From assembly GCA_001643675.2 (NCBI GenBank), contig LSRY02000005.1, positions 1,984,001-2,048,000 on the forward strand: a stretch of DNA of 64,000 bases. Reading direction: 5' to 3'. Below the pieces are notes generated by a model. That model saw only the letters and a list, made by a program, of their open reading frames with translations. It was not told the DNA's origin and did not search any database. This DNA comes from Monocercomonoides exilis PA203 (taxonomy: Eukaryota > Protista > Preaxostyla). This document shows, in pieces, positions 12,314-25,900 of the stretch. Position 1 is the first letter of the stretch. Each line of letters opens with the position of its first letter. The position numbers and the translations under genes were made by a program.

Positions 12314-15300
12314 TCAGGAGCTGGATGTGAACAGTTCCATCAGTTCCTGTTGCCTTGTTTCAGTGAGATTGTCCCAGTACTCACTTTTGAACTCAGCTGT
12401 TAGATGGTTTGTGATAATCCTCAACATCTGTTGGAACTTGACATCAGTCTCATCAGACACGACTTCCAAATAAACAACCTGCACAAAGATAGAAAACAGG
12501 TTCGACAGCACAGCGCCTTCAGGTGTTGAATCATCAACAGTCAAATACGCAGCAGGCTGAGAAGATGTAGCTGCACCGAGCATCGAAGGAGGATCCTGGG
12601 AGAGTATTTGCAGAACTTTTGCCTTTACTGCCTCGTCGCCATTTCCAAATACACACACATCCTTCGCATCAATCCATTGACACAGGACATCATGAGCAGT
12701 AATTGCCTCATCGGTGTCAGTGAGAAGTGGCAACTGATTAACAAAGTATACTTTGAGCTTCATCAGATCTGCTTCTCGGCCTGAAAACGCTGGCTGCTGG
12801 AAGCGGATGATTTTCAGAATGGAGGCCACAGCGTTGTCCCTTGCCATTCCAACAGCTTCCATGCTGAGATCTTCTTCGTCCAACACATCACATTCAGATA
12901 CATCAAACTCTGCCACATCCCTCAACGCAACAAGCGCTCTGTCCAGAAATGGAGAGAAAGCAGTAACAAACGAGGGATCAAGCTTTCCTTTCTCGGCGCA
13001 CATACCAATTCCAGTGACTGCGTTGTGTCTAACCGTATGTTCTTTCTGAACAAGTGTGTCTTTCGTGTTTGCGTAGAACAGGAATATCTCCATATATTGT
13101 GCAATGAAGTTCACTGACGCCATGCCTCCAAAATCGATGCAGTCAATCATCCCGAACAACCCCACAACGCGATCATTCGACTCCAGCCTCGCACCGTTCA
13201 CCAACACATCTGCTCCTTTTGAGTCAGTCCCCATTTGCATTCCTGCACCAACTCCACCTGGCGTTGCCATTGCAGCTTGCTGTGCAGACGGAGGAGTAAC
13301 AAGCTGCAAGAGAAGAGGTTCAAGGTGTGATTTGTAGATTGGAGCGAAAGCAGCACCGAGTGATTTGAAAAGGTGCGTGGGGATGGTCATCAGCTCACCT
13401 ACACAGCAGCTCTCCTTTGTTGCAAACATTTCTGCTTGAAAGTCATCGTCACCTTTTTGTACTTTCCCAGACTTTCCAAGTAATGATGAATCAATAGCTC
13501 CAGTTTGGAGTTGTTGCTTATCATCAGCAGTTGTTGATGATTGCTCCTTCACTCCTTTTTTTGCACTTCCACCTTCCTCTTCATCACTTTCCTCTTCTTC
13601 TTCATCATCGTCGCTTTCATCCGCTTCAGCCCCTTCTGACATCTGCCTGAACTGTTCTCTTCGTTTCCTGCACTGAATCATCTGCTCCTTCACAAACTGC
13701 ACAAGCAGCTCAATATTCAGCACCTGGCTGGCGGGAGGGCGCGATAAAGCGGACTCTGCTCCAAAAGGAAAGAAGAGCTGTGCATAATGAATGGATGAAG
13801 GATTCAGGAGAGGACAGATTGAAGCTACAGCATCTCTCAGAGACTGGACAACCTGCAGCCTTTCGTCAGGGATTGTTTCTGTCTCATCCTGGATCACATC
13901 CACAAACACAGGTAGTGCTTCCACAAAGAGCTGGACGGGATGCGGCCACGACGGGTCAGACACGATCGGTGGGAGAGGAGGGAGAGCAGCTGCAGCGCTG
14001 CCACTTTCAGTGCCCGATGATGATGCTGCTGCATTTGCTGAAGAAGAAATGGACGACTGTGTGCCCTTTTCAGCATTGGGGTGATGTGGAGAAGTGGGGA
14101 TAATTGGGCAGAAGCACGAAAGAGCATTTGAGAAGAGATCAGCAGATGCTGTGACAGTCACAATGTTTTCCTGATTCCTGAAGTCCTTCAAGGCATCGAT
14201 TGCTATCTGGATGCACTGCAAAGCATACGGAGCAAAGTACGGGCCAAGTGCGCGTGAAAAGTGACTGAGGTAAATAATGGCAGTCTCTCTATCATTGAGA
14301 GAGTTCTCAGCGTCAGGCATGCCATCATCCTCACCGTTGTTATCTCCGTCATCATTAAAATCACCTTGGCCAAATGTGGATGTCTGAAAACCACCAAACG
14401 GAGTGGAAGCTGATGATTGTGCATTTTGTGACTTAGCTGAGTTGAGCTCCTTGTCCACGACAGGTGCCTTTTTCAATGCAGATGCGATGATTGCTGGAAT
14501 GATGTGAGGCAGAAGGGGAGCAAACCGTCCGTTCAGCAGCTCTGCCAGCCTCAGCCACGATGTGCGGATTGACTCCACACGAAAGTCGTCGTTGGAGTTG
14601 TGAATAGGATTTGCACTTCCTGCTGGTGCATTCGAAGGCAAAGACTCCGATGTTGTTGATGATGATGAAGGAGTCGCGTAAATGTCAGAGTAGCGTTGAA
14701 GAACACAAGACGTGAAGGGAGCCAGATAAGGCGCACTCTGTTCCTTTCCAATGGCAGTCAGCAGCGCTGATACACAATCAATGGCTCGTGCCTGCAGCTC
14801 TTTGTCTTCCTCAGTCTGCAGATTGGAGGCAGAGACGTATTTCATCAGAGCTGTGAAGAGCATGTCCTTGAACGGGGTGATAGCATCTTCCACACGATCG
14901 ATGATGGCACTCAGCACAACCATTGTGCTTGTGCGGATGTCGTGGTGTGGAGATGACAGCAGCTCGCCCAGCACAGCCAGCATCGATGCCAGATCAGACG
15001 AGAGCACTTTCTTCTTCCCGTCTTCGTACAGTTCCTGCAGCAGGAGCAGTGCTTGTGTGCATATTGTCAGCTTCTGTGATGTTGATGGCGCACGCAGCAC
15101 AAACACAGCAGCCTTCCGGATGATAGCGGCGTGACGGCTCTTTCCGATGAAGTCGTTGCCTAATTCTTTGCACAGCGTGAACAGCACCTTCAGCCCATCA
15201 TTCACAATACGGGAGACAGGATCACTTACGTCAGAAGGGACAGGTGCATCAGGATCAGATGCAAAAGATGGGTCTGCTCCGAAGATTGGGCGCAGAGCTA

Positions 15301-17505
15301 GCTGGAAGATCTCCTTGATGCTCTTTGAGCGCCCTTCTGCCATGTTCTCTGTGATGATTGAGAAAAGAAGGACATAGCCAGCGTGACGGCATTCCCAAGA
15401 GGGATTCAAAATGAGGCTTTTGATTGGATTGTACGCGACATTCATCATGTATTTGTTTCCTTGTGGAGAAAATAATGATAACCAGACACAAATATAATGA
15501 CGATAAAAAAATGAAAGAGAAACGAAAGAAGATGATGAATAAGAATATATATATATATATATTTGAAAAAGACAAGCGAATGAATTTTATTATTAATCAA
15601 AAGAAAGCTAATAGAATGAATATCCAAACCCATTGCCATAGCAAATCTATTAACAGCAGAAGTACAAAGGTCAACAATTTCATCTGGATCGTCTTCCTGG
15701 AATTATAAATGAACAGACAGACAAATATACAAAAACAGTTATGAGGGTATGAAAAATTAAAATATTTTTCTAAATTTTTCTCACAAAAAAATCAAAAGAA
15801 AATTTCATAACCTTTTGAAATTTTAAAGAATAAAATAATTTTTGTAAAAAAAAAACAAAAGTCAAAATAACTAATTTGGTTATATCCAAAGAAAATGTCT
15901 CTCGATATCATGAAGAGAAGTCAATACAACATGCCTCTTCATCCATTTCCCAGTTCGGCGATGGCTTGAAAGTTGGAATGAGACCAGCCAGAATACCAAG
16001 AAACTGCACAGCAAATGCAGTTTCGCCTCTTTTTGGCTTCGCCTTGATTTCCTTTGCGAAGTCCACGCAGAGCGAAACCAGCGTCTCCATTGCCATTTCT
16101 CTGAGAGAGACGAGCGTGGAGCGTGTTGTGTAAGGAAGAATCAGCGGAGAGGCAGTTGAAGCAGAAGCAGCAGCAGCTCCTTGTGCAGCACCAGTAGCTG
16201 CGGCTTCTGCTTTGTCTGAGGCTGCAACTGCGCCTGTGCATGTGTTGATGATCTGGAGGAGAGTAGCCAGATGCTGCGAAAGATTGTCCTCGAAGAATGA
16301 AGGGCGAGAAGCTAAAATGTCCAGAAAGCTTTTGAGAGCATCTATTGCATGGCCGTATTTACCATTTTGCAGAAGAGATAGGAGAAGCTGTTGATTGAAA
16401 ATGAAAATGAAAACGAAATTCAGGGCATATGAAGGAAAAGAAGAGAGAGAAAATTATAAATGGATGATAATTTGCCATTTCATTGGAGTGACAAAATTGC
16501 CATCACATTCAGAAAATCGATTAATGAATGGACAAAAATAATACAAACATTAATTGACTGAGCAGAAAGAGGCTTGAAGAAATTAATGAGATCCTTATTT
16601 GTTCCGGCAGCCTTTATCATTTCTGATGTTGCTGAAAGACTAATTAGTTTGATCTAATCAAACAAGTTTTTCGAATCATTAACAATGAACAAAAAACAAA
16701 AATAGGATGAAGTACCCAAGAATTGTTTGCAATAAAATCAAGAATATAAAATAAAAACAATTAATTTTCATTAATAATTCGCAAGAACGCAAACCGTATC
16801 ACTTTCTGGATCATTAAGAGCTCTCATAAGCATCTCAGCAAGATTGGCGCAATTTGATGTGAAATAATGAGGAGTTTCATTCACTATAAATGAAAAAATT
16901 TTCAAGGAATCTTCTCTAATTTCCAACCGAGGAGATTTTGTCCATTCAAAAAGTGTTGGCAAAAGGTCTGGCCATAAATGAGGTTCTGAAAAAATTCACA
17001 GAAAATTAAAAATATAAAAATGAAAATATTTTTAAATGTGTTTTTATTCATACTGTCTTTAATTAAAATAGATCCAAGCGTAGATATGCAAAGTGTGACC
17101 TGGCGGCGTACAGGAGATGGTAATCCTTCAGCAACAAATAATTGAATCATCGTTTGTTTGTACAATGTAATTGTTTCATCCGTTACAAGAACAGCAAAAG
17201 TTACTGATTTTCCAGTGTGTTGTGTTTTCCTTCTAAGTAGAATTGCAGCGAGATTTTGTATCTAGAAATTTTGTAAAATACAAAAAATTGATAAAAAAGC
17301 AAAAACTTCTGCAACTATAAATATGTAGAAGAAAACAAACAGTTAAATCACGAGATTGACATATTGTTCCTAAAAGTGATTTGATATAGTTATTCGGATC
17401 AGTATCGTAATACTGATTCAATTTTGCTAATACTTTTACATGAGTTTCATTTTCTCCTGAAATGCTTTGAGCAAGCAATTGATCAAATTCAGTTTGAGAA
17501 ATCAT
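12314..17505 (-). CDS. IPO5: Importin-5 / karyopherin beta-3 (Pse1/Kap121-like HEAT-repeat import receptor), multi-exon
   Basis: N-terminal exon MISQTEFDQLL; WPDLLPTLF; MAMETLVSL; acidic loop then AVNRFAMAMG; WECRHAG; ARAIDCVSALLTAIGKE; WLRLAELLNGRFAPLLPHIIP; ARDNAVASILKI; LPLLTDTDEA. IPO4 is not fully excluded. Confidence 0.82.
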
Positions 17506-17737
17506 TAGCTACAATAATAATGCTTATCGATGAAGAAACAATGTGAACTTGATGGAAAAAACGACAATTACTTTTTCGGTAAAAGTATTATTATGGTCAA
17601 GAAATTGGATTTCATGAATGTTTGTTTCCACTTCAAACATCAAATCCATCAATGGAAAAGGCATTTTGAGAGGAATCAAAAAATAATTGAACGAAAAGTA
17701 TTATTCGTTTTCTTGAATTGAAACATTCGTTAGTTAC

Positions 17738-20700
17738 ATGGCCATTTCTTTTCCTCATGGCCAATTTATAATGGACCAAGAAGAACTAGATGAATTTGCA
17801 CAATTTGAGGAGCAAGCTCAAAAACGCATAAGCGAGTTTAGAGTACCAGAGGAAGAAGAAACAGATGATGAAGAAGATAATATTGGCCTTGCTTCAAGAC
17901 CCTCTTATGATCAACAAATAGTGTGCTTTTTAAATCGAATACTTATTTTAAACTTTTATTTAAAACGTTTCACCAGGATTTTGGTGATGAAGAAAGTTGG
18001 GGAGAATCTAATCAAAACGATGTACAAGCAGCTCCAACAAGTCAAACTTTACCTTCTTCTTCTTCTTTCATACAAATTCCGCAATCAAAAACTCCGGGGC
18101 CAACTTCATCTCCTCAACTATCAATTCATTTTGAAGCTTCTCTTCAACTTTTAAATGAAGAAATACGAAGCTATGAATTGCGTAAAAAGGAAGTGGACTC
18201 TCTTTCGAAATATTTAAATGAAGAAAAGCGTAAACTGCAGCGCCAACGTGAAGAAGAAGAACGAAAGAAAAAGAAACAATTTGAAGAAGACGAAAAACGA
18301 AGACAAGATCAAGAAAAACAAATGGAAAAAATGAAAAAAGAACTAAAAAGCTTAAGCGAACATTCAACAGTGAATCTGAAACAAATAGAAAAAGAAAGAG
18401 AAGAAAAGAAGCGTCTTGCTGAAGAACTCGAAAAAGAAAAAGCTGAGAGAGAGAAAGAGCGCGAAAAAGATAAAAGAGAAAAAGAAGTGCTCAAAAGAAG
18501 AATTGAAAGACTTCAAAAAGAAGTAGAGGAGTACAAGAACATCGTCCAACTTTACGAACAGGAAAGACTAGAACAGCAATTGAAGCCAAAGCCTTCTCCA
18601 ACAAAAAGCAAGACTATAGAAGCGATTGATGAAACAGAGAAGGAGCAGCAAAAGAAGGGTATTTCTGAAGAGGCGGAAACGACGTTTGTGAACGAAGAAG
18701 AAGAAGAGATGATGAAGCGCATTTTGCTTGAAAAGGAAAGGGAAACAGAAAGAATAAGAGCCAAAGAGCTTGAAAGAGGGATGCAAAAATTGCTCGAGAT
18801 GAAAAGAAAGAACGAGAAAAAAGATATTCCAAAAGACGAAGAAAAAGAAACGCAAGATTCATCTTCTCTTCTTTACAACCAAAAAGTCGAACAGACACCT
18901 TCGTCTTCTTCCTCTCTCTCATCTCTGCCAAGTTATGAGTCATCAACCACACCTTCTTCTGTTCCATCTACACGCCCTCCTTCCAAAAGCAACAGAGCTT
19001 CGCCTTCTTCCTCCTCCTCTCCTACTCCTCCTCCCTCTCGTTCTGAACTTGTCTCACCTCCACAAACACAACAGCACTCAAACAGAACACAGCCACACGA
19101 GGCAGTACGAAGCAGCGTGTCGCGCATTCCACGCATCCGCCCAGCCACTCAACAGGGCGATTCTACATCAACAACATCAGCAACATCAACAATAACAAAG
19201 CAGAATGCAGCACAAGCGAGTTCAAAACGACCCATGACTTCTTCTTCTTTGCCTTCTTCTTCTTCTTCTTCATCACCGTTATCACCTTCACGCACCTCAC
19301 CTCGTCCGACTTATTCTGACCTTCCACAAACAGCAAAGTCCAGTCAACAAACTCAGTCTTCTTCATTCACCGCACCAAGACAAGAATCCTCTTTCTTTGC
19401 CATCAACCAGCTTCCTCTGTCTCATCCTCTTTTCAGTCCACTTCCACTCACTTTGGCGTTTCCTCCTCCTGCTTCTTCTTCCTCTTCTTCTTCTCCATTC
19501 ACACACCCATCTTCCTTTTTATCTCCTTCCATTTCCTCTCCCAACACTTCACTGGCCTCTTCCATCTCCCCCATTTTTGATGCACTGCGCCTCAACATCT
19601 CCTCTTTGGCCCACCCACATTCACACCCAGACTGCATCATCCACACGCAAGGCCCCATCTCTTCCTCATACTCCCTCTTCGCCCACCTCGCTGCTTATCC
19701 CCCTCTTTCCTCAGCCACATCAGCACAACCACAACAAACCCCACTCTCTTCACACTCCTCTCCCACTTCATTCAATCGCATCTCTTCTGATGAACTTAGC
19801 AACCAGCCTCATCTTCCATTTCCCCTTCGAATCAGAACGCCTTCGCCGCCTCGCCAGCCGCCTGAGCCTGTTTCACCAGCGCTGATGAACGACAGGCTGG
19901 TTCGTGTGGAGCAGCTGAGGCGCCCAGACCAGGGGAAGGATGGGAAAACAAGAGAAGGAGGAGGAGGAGGAGGTGGTGGTGGTGGGAATGAAGGGAAAGC
20001 AGGGAGAAGCGAGAAAGAGGAGATATATGCGTCGGGAAGGAAGATTATTTACTATTCGAATGGGATTGTGAAGCACATCATTCCAGCTGGACTGGATGTG
20101 TTTGGGCTGTCGAAGATTGCAGCAGAAGCGAAGAGGAGGCAGAGGAAGCTGGACAAAGAGGCGAGGAAGATGCAGAAGGAGATGAAGCAGAAGAAAAAAG
20201 AGAAAGACGCGAAGCTTGGAAGGAACGGAAGTGGTGGAGAAAGTGCAGATTATACTGAAAGTTCAGAGACAGAAGAAGAAGATGATGATGACAAAGAAGA
20301 AGATGAAGAAGAAGATGAAGGATCAAATAGAAGCAGCAGGCAGACTGTTCCGCTTTATTCAGAAATTGATCTGTTTTCAGCAGTGGAGAGAGGGTGCAAC
20401 GTGACGCTTTTTGTGAATGGCGATGTGAAACTGATCAAAAACATGACAGAAGCTGAGATTGAGGCCGAGAAGGAGAAACAGGCGCTTTCTCAGAAGGAGA
20501 AAGGGAAAGACAAAGGAGGAAGTGCTGCCACCAGCCATCATTCATCCACGAGCACAGTGTATGAGTCAGTGTATTACTACTCCAATGCGAAGACGACCCA
20601 CATCACCCACCACAATGGCACACAGACGTATGTGTTTCCCCACACACAAATCGAACATCACTTCACAAATGGCGTGAAGGTGATTGTGTTTGCCGACCGG

Positions 20701-22545
20701 TCTGTGAAGCTGGTGAGGGACGGGTGCAGCGACGAGGAGGCAGTGTTTGCGACGGGGACGCTGATGATTGTGCGGATGTTGGGGAGCAGAGGAGGAGGAG
20801 GAGGAGGAGAAAAAGAGGAGAAAGGAAAGGAAATAGAAGTGAAAGGAAGAGTGAGAGGGAAAAGGATGAATGACAGAAGTGGCAGAAGGAGAAATGATGA
20901 ATATGAAGATGGAGCATCATCAGCATCATCAGCAGCTTCAGCACTTGCTTCTCATCCACTCACTCCATTTGTGTCACAATACATTCCACTTCCACACCTC
21001 AACACTTTGGCAGCCAACATCCCATCTTCTGACTCTTCATCTAACACATCTCAAAAACAATCATCATCATCATCTTCCTCTTCTTCCTCCTCTTCCTCTT
21101 CCTCTTCCTCTTCCTCATCTCTATCACAGTCAATGCGCATAGTGCAATTTCAGATCCAGCAGGTGGAGATCCACATGCCCAATGGAGTAAAGAGGAGGGT
21201 GCTGCCAAGTGAAGGCGCCATCAAAACAGAATACATCATACCTTCTTCTCTTCCATCTGTAGATGATACAACATATTCAATGGAACAGAATGTCATTCAG
21301 AGAGGAGAAGGGAAAGAGGCAGCAGCAGGAGGAGGAGGATCAGGAGGAGGAGCAGCAGGGAATGGAATGCTTGTGAAGGAGGTGGTGGATGAGAATGGGC
21401 AGATTGAGTGGCTGAAGAAAGGGCAGAGCGCATCGATTGACAGGAAAGAAGGAGGAAGAGGTGTGAAAGTGGAAGTGCTGCAAGGAAGACAACAGAAGCA
21501 GAAAAAACAGAAAGAAAAAGAAAAAGAAAAAGAAATTGAAGAAGAAGAAGAAGAAGAAGAAGAGGAGGAGGAGGAGGAAGAAGAAGAAGAGGAAGGAGGG
21601 GAAGACGATGAAGAGGATGATAATGAAGAAGTTGGAGAAGATGAGGAAGGTGAAGATGAGGAAGAAGACGAGGAAGAAGATGAAGAAGGCGACGAAGAAG
21701 AAGGAGGAGAAGAAGGAGAAGAAGAAGAAAGTGATATACGTAGCATACAAAACAGCAAAAAAAGAAAGAGAAAGAAGGAGCTTTTGATGAATTCTGTATG
21801 GAGGGGCAATCAACCAGCTACCAAAATAAACAGAAAAGAAGAATTTGACAGCGAAGAGGAGATGTCAAATGTGAAAATAACTTCTTCTTCTTCTTCTTCT
21901 TCATTGGCAGAGGAAAGAGAAGGAAGAAGAGAAGATGAAGGAGAAGAAGATGATGATGATGAAGATATGGCTCGATTCAAACAGGAAGTGATGTTGATTG
22001 ACCAAGAAGCGAAGAGGAATCCTCATTTGATCAGCAGCCGGCAGCAGCAGCGGCTGTATTATGCTTCTGTTTCTGCTCCTCTTCCGACCACTTCTTCTTC
22101 TTCTCATTTAGAAAGTGATATATTTGGAATAGATGATACAGAACATGGCAACAATGAGAGAGAAACAGAATCGATGCCTCTTCCTCGTTTTTCGTCCACA
22201 CTCGACAGCGTCGTCGCCTTCACCTCGTCAAACACACTCCCTTCGCACGAGCCTTCTCCTCTTGTTCCTTCTTTCCCTTCTGTTCCTTCTTCCTCTGCCT
22301 CTGCCTCTTCTTCTTCCTCTTCCTCTTCATCTCGCATTTCACATCCTGAGTCTGCATCGCATGTGCATCATGTGCTGCCAAAACCAAAAGTGAAATTTGT
22401 GCTTCCATCAAGAAACTCTTCTGTTACTTCACAAGACGCCATAAACCCAGTTTCTCCGCTTTCTCCGCCAATCACCTCTGCTTTTGTTGGGAATCAACGC
22501 GATGCTTCTATCACAAGGAAGAAAAAGAAAAAGAAGCTTTTGTGA
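17738..22545 (+). CDS. CENPJ: Centriolar CENPJ/CPAP/SAS-4 homolog, ~1583 aa; intron 17921-17976
   Basis: N-terminal EELDEFAQFEEQA motif and a long coiled coil. TCP/G-box beta repeats: YASGRKIIYYSNGIVK, TLFVNGDVK, YYYSNAKTTHITHHNG..FPHTQIEHHFTNGVKVIVFADRSVK, EEAVFATGT, KRRVLPSEGAIKT. The phase-0 intron joins the ORFs in frame. Confidence 0.85.
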
Positions 22546-22963
22546 GCAGTTTCTTTTATATACAGTAAATCGAAATTTATCGGAAATTTGGAATTATGAA
22601 AATGAATTCAGTTTCTGACTTGGATAAAATGTTCAAGCACATAAAAGTTCATTTTAACTGACTACATATAGAATTTTTTTTGCGAATGTGCTATAAAATT
22701 CTATTTTGCAAGTGACCTTATCATTTTATTTGGATCTTATTTCGTTGTAATTTAGTTTTCAGACAAATTATCAATTAATATAATTTGTTATGGGCCATAT
22801 TTTTTTTTAATTTCTTATATTTTCGTTTCAAACTCATTTCATGTTTTCAGAACAATATAGACCCTTTAATGAGCCTAATACTAAACATTCATTGTTTCCT
22901 CCAAAGGTATTTTCGTTTTGATTTTGTCAAAGAATTTTTTCAATCATATAAAAACAAATTTTT

Positions 22964-25900
22964 ATGAATTTCTTGATTCAGGAAAACAATTCTCAAACAG
23001 AAAATTTACCACAAGTTGAAGGGTTTTATTGTGTATTTGCTTTTGATGAGCCAGAAATTATTCTCTCACGAAATACTCCTGCAAATGTAAAGCACAGAAC
23101 TATTGAGCTCTCATCATTAATACCAGCATATGATCCTTTTTTCTTTCCATCGCCGAAAAGGAAAAAGGATAAAAAATCTCCTCCAAATGAAAAGGAAGAA
23201 AACTATCCATTTTTGCCACACAAAACATTTTATCGAGGCTTTTTTCATGTGGAAAGGAATGATACAGTTAGGAAATTCAAAAAAAGAGTTCTTAGATCAC
23301 TTGTTAACACTCCTGCTTGCAGAAGATGGTGGAGAAGGCATACACAGACACCAATTTCGCTTTATCATCGCTCAGCGGTAACATTTGGATCTTTTCCAAG
23401 AACTTTATTTGCCAGAAGGGAAAGACATACAGACAACAGTTCAGTTGTAGGACTCGGAAGAAATTCGCAAGGACAATCATCTCAAAACGGACGAGAAAGC
23501 GAATCTTTGACAAGGCAAGAAATGCTCGTACAGCAGTATTCGCAAAATACACCACCATCATCAATCACACCTCCACATTACGAAATTGATGGAGAAGACG
23601 ATGTGCTGGATGATCCAGCAGAGACAAGCAGCGCAATTTATCGGCCAAGCTCAATCGTGGAGGAGCAGAGCAGACTCCGAGAGCGACTTCCTTCTTTTTC
23701 CATTGTCAGTGCCATGGCACGTGAAAGAGACAGTGTTGTATCGTCTGGCTCGCTTGCCTCTTCTGCATCTGCCGCAGCACATCACAGATACGCTCCTTCC
23801 AACGCCAGTGTCATCGCACCGTCGATGTACGATTCGACGTCTGCGGCTTCCTCGTCGCACATGCATCTGCCACACTGCCCTGTGAAGCCAAATGATCTTG
23901 TGAAGCACTTGCCGCGGGCAGAGGAGCCAGCGCTGTCTGATTTCTCTTCTGTCTCCAGCGACACCGATGACGACAGCACAGAAGAAGAGGAGACCGAAGA
24001 AGAGGAGGAGGAAGACGAGAAAGAAGGCAAAAAAGAGCGAGAGAAAGGCGAGATGGATGTGGAAGACAATTCAGTGAAACATATAAGAGTGAGGCGTCGA
24101 GAACACGATCCGTCGCATCATCACCCTCGCCGGCCACCAAATGTCGTGAGAGGATACGAAAACAGAGGCACATCTCGTTTTCTCCCTGAAGACTTCCCTG
24201 CGTGTGTGTGCAGACTGAAACGGCCAAGCTCTGATTTCCTCTTCCCTGCCACTCCTGCCACCCCTTCCACACTTCCATCACAAGATTCTCTTCCCATCCA
24301 CGTCCCTTCCATGCCTGAGCCGTCTATCATGAGTTGGTATCCCACTGTCAACCCCACAAAAACAGCGTTTTCACCGTATTTCACACCGATTGCTGCGGAA
24401 TATGGGTTGCCTCCGCCTCCTCCTGTTCAATCAACTCGTCCACAAGGTCAAATGGGAATAGAGCCAAATCCAGCAGAAGACAACAATCCAATGAAAGACA
24501 GCGAATCATTCATTGAGCAGAAGCCGCTGAACACTCACCCGCTCTTTATGTCGCTGAGCGATGAAGATGTGCCATTGGAAGGGTTTTGCACAGCCAGAGA
24601 CGAGGAAATGCTGATGACGGCTTTCAATTCGCTGATGAGCAGTTCACTTGGAAGGATGAGAGAGGCAGAGTCGATGCTATCACGTGCTAATGAGACACAT
24701 CGATTGAGCACTGGACACGTTAGTGGTAGCAGAGGAGCAGTTGTGGGGAAGCAAATACCATCATCGAGAAAAAGGCAGATGGCTTCGGAAAGAAGAAGAA
24801 GAAGAGGCAAAAGAGAGAACGAAAAAAATGAGCGCGACAAGATGGATGAGGATGAGGATGAAGAGGAATCGGATGATCCGAACGTGGCAGAGTTTGAGAC
24901 TGACTTTACCGCAGAGCAGATAAACTACGTTCCTGTGATGGTGTTTTGTGTGCCTGGCAAAATCCACATTTTCGATCTCCCCACAAACAACCCACCAGAA
25001 TTGCCTTCCATCTCCTCTCCCTTTGGCCCAGCTGTTCCATTGCCTTATCCTCCATCAGAGCCTGTCGATCCTCCGCAGACTGCCTGCATCGTCACACAAG
25101 GAAGAAGGACAGTGGCACAGCTGCTGTTTCCCTCCAACTTTACCTTCGCCACATTCATCAGAGAGCTCTCCTTGTTCACCCACTTGTCTGACAGCACGCC
25201 TCAGCTCCAGTTCAACCGGCAAGGACAGGAATTGGATGACCCCCCGCTGGAAGAGCAGCGGGTGCTGGTGCGGCTCACCACGCAGGACAAAGACGGGTCG
25301 CACCAGCTGGCCATCAACCACCTCCAGTCTGTTCCCTTTGAGCGCTACTTTCAGCCGAGTGACCCGTTTCCCTTCCCCAGCGGCACAGACCAGCAGGAGG
25401 CGTCTCGCATCATTCCTTATCTGACAGATCCTGAGCTGTTCAGCACAGCCGACCCGAACATGCGGCTGAGCCTGTCGATGGTGTGGGGCTTCCGCAACTC
25501 GTTTGACCCAGACAGAAGAGAAGTGCCACTGCGGAATGATGAACGACTGCGGATGGCGAAGATGGCGCGGATGGCGCTGAGAGACAGGCGGATTGTGCAG
25601 TGGTCGATCCACATGTCAATCGCACATGCAGGAGAGTGGCTGAAGGGCGTGTACCACTTCATCACGAAGCTCAAGCTATTTCTGGCGCGGATGGAGGCCA
25701 TCATGAAGGAGAAAGCAACGAGTGTGATGACACAGCTGACTGCCTCCAGATTTGGTGGTGCAGCGAGACATGCCAATGAATCTCTTCCGAATGCCCTGCG
25801 ACGCGACGGGCGGTTGGAAGACAGTGTGTCTGTAGCGTTTTCGTGGCGAGGGGATGCGTCAGAGACAGCGTCGATGGTGTCGTTCACGTCTTCTTTCGGG

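Noticed and set aside
10596-22545. CFAP298 and CENPJ as a ciliary gene cluster
   Set aside because: Only two genes, separated by importin; chance adjacency is likely.
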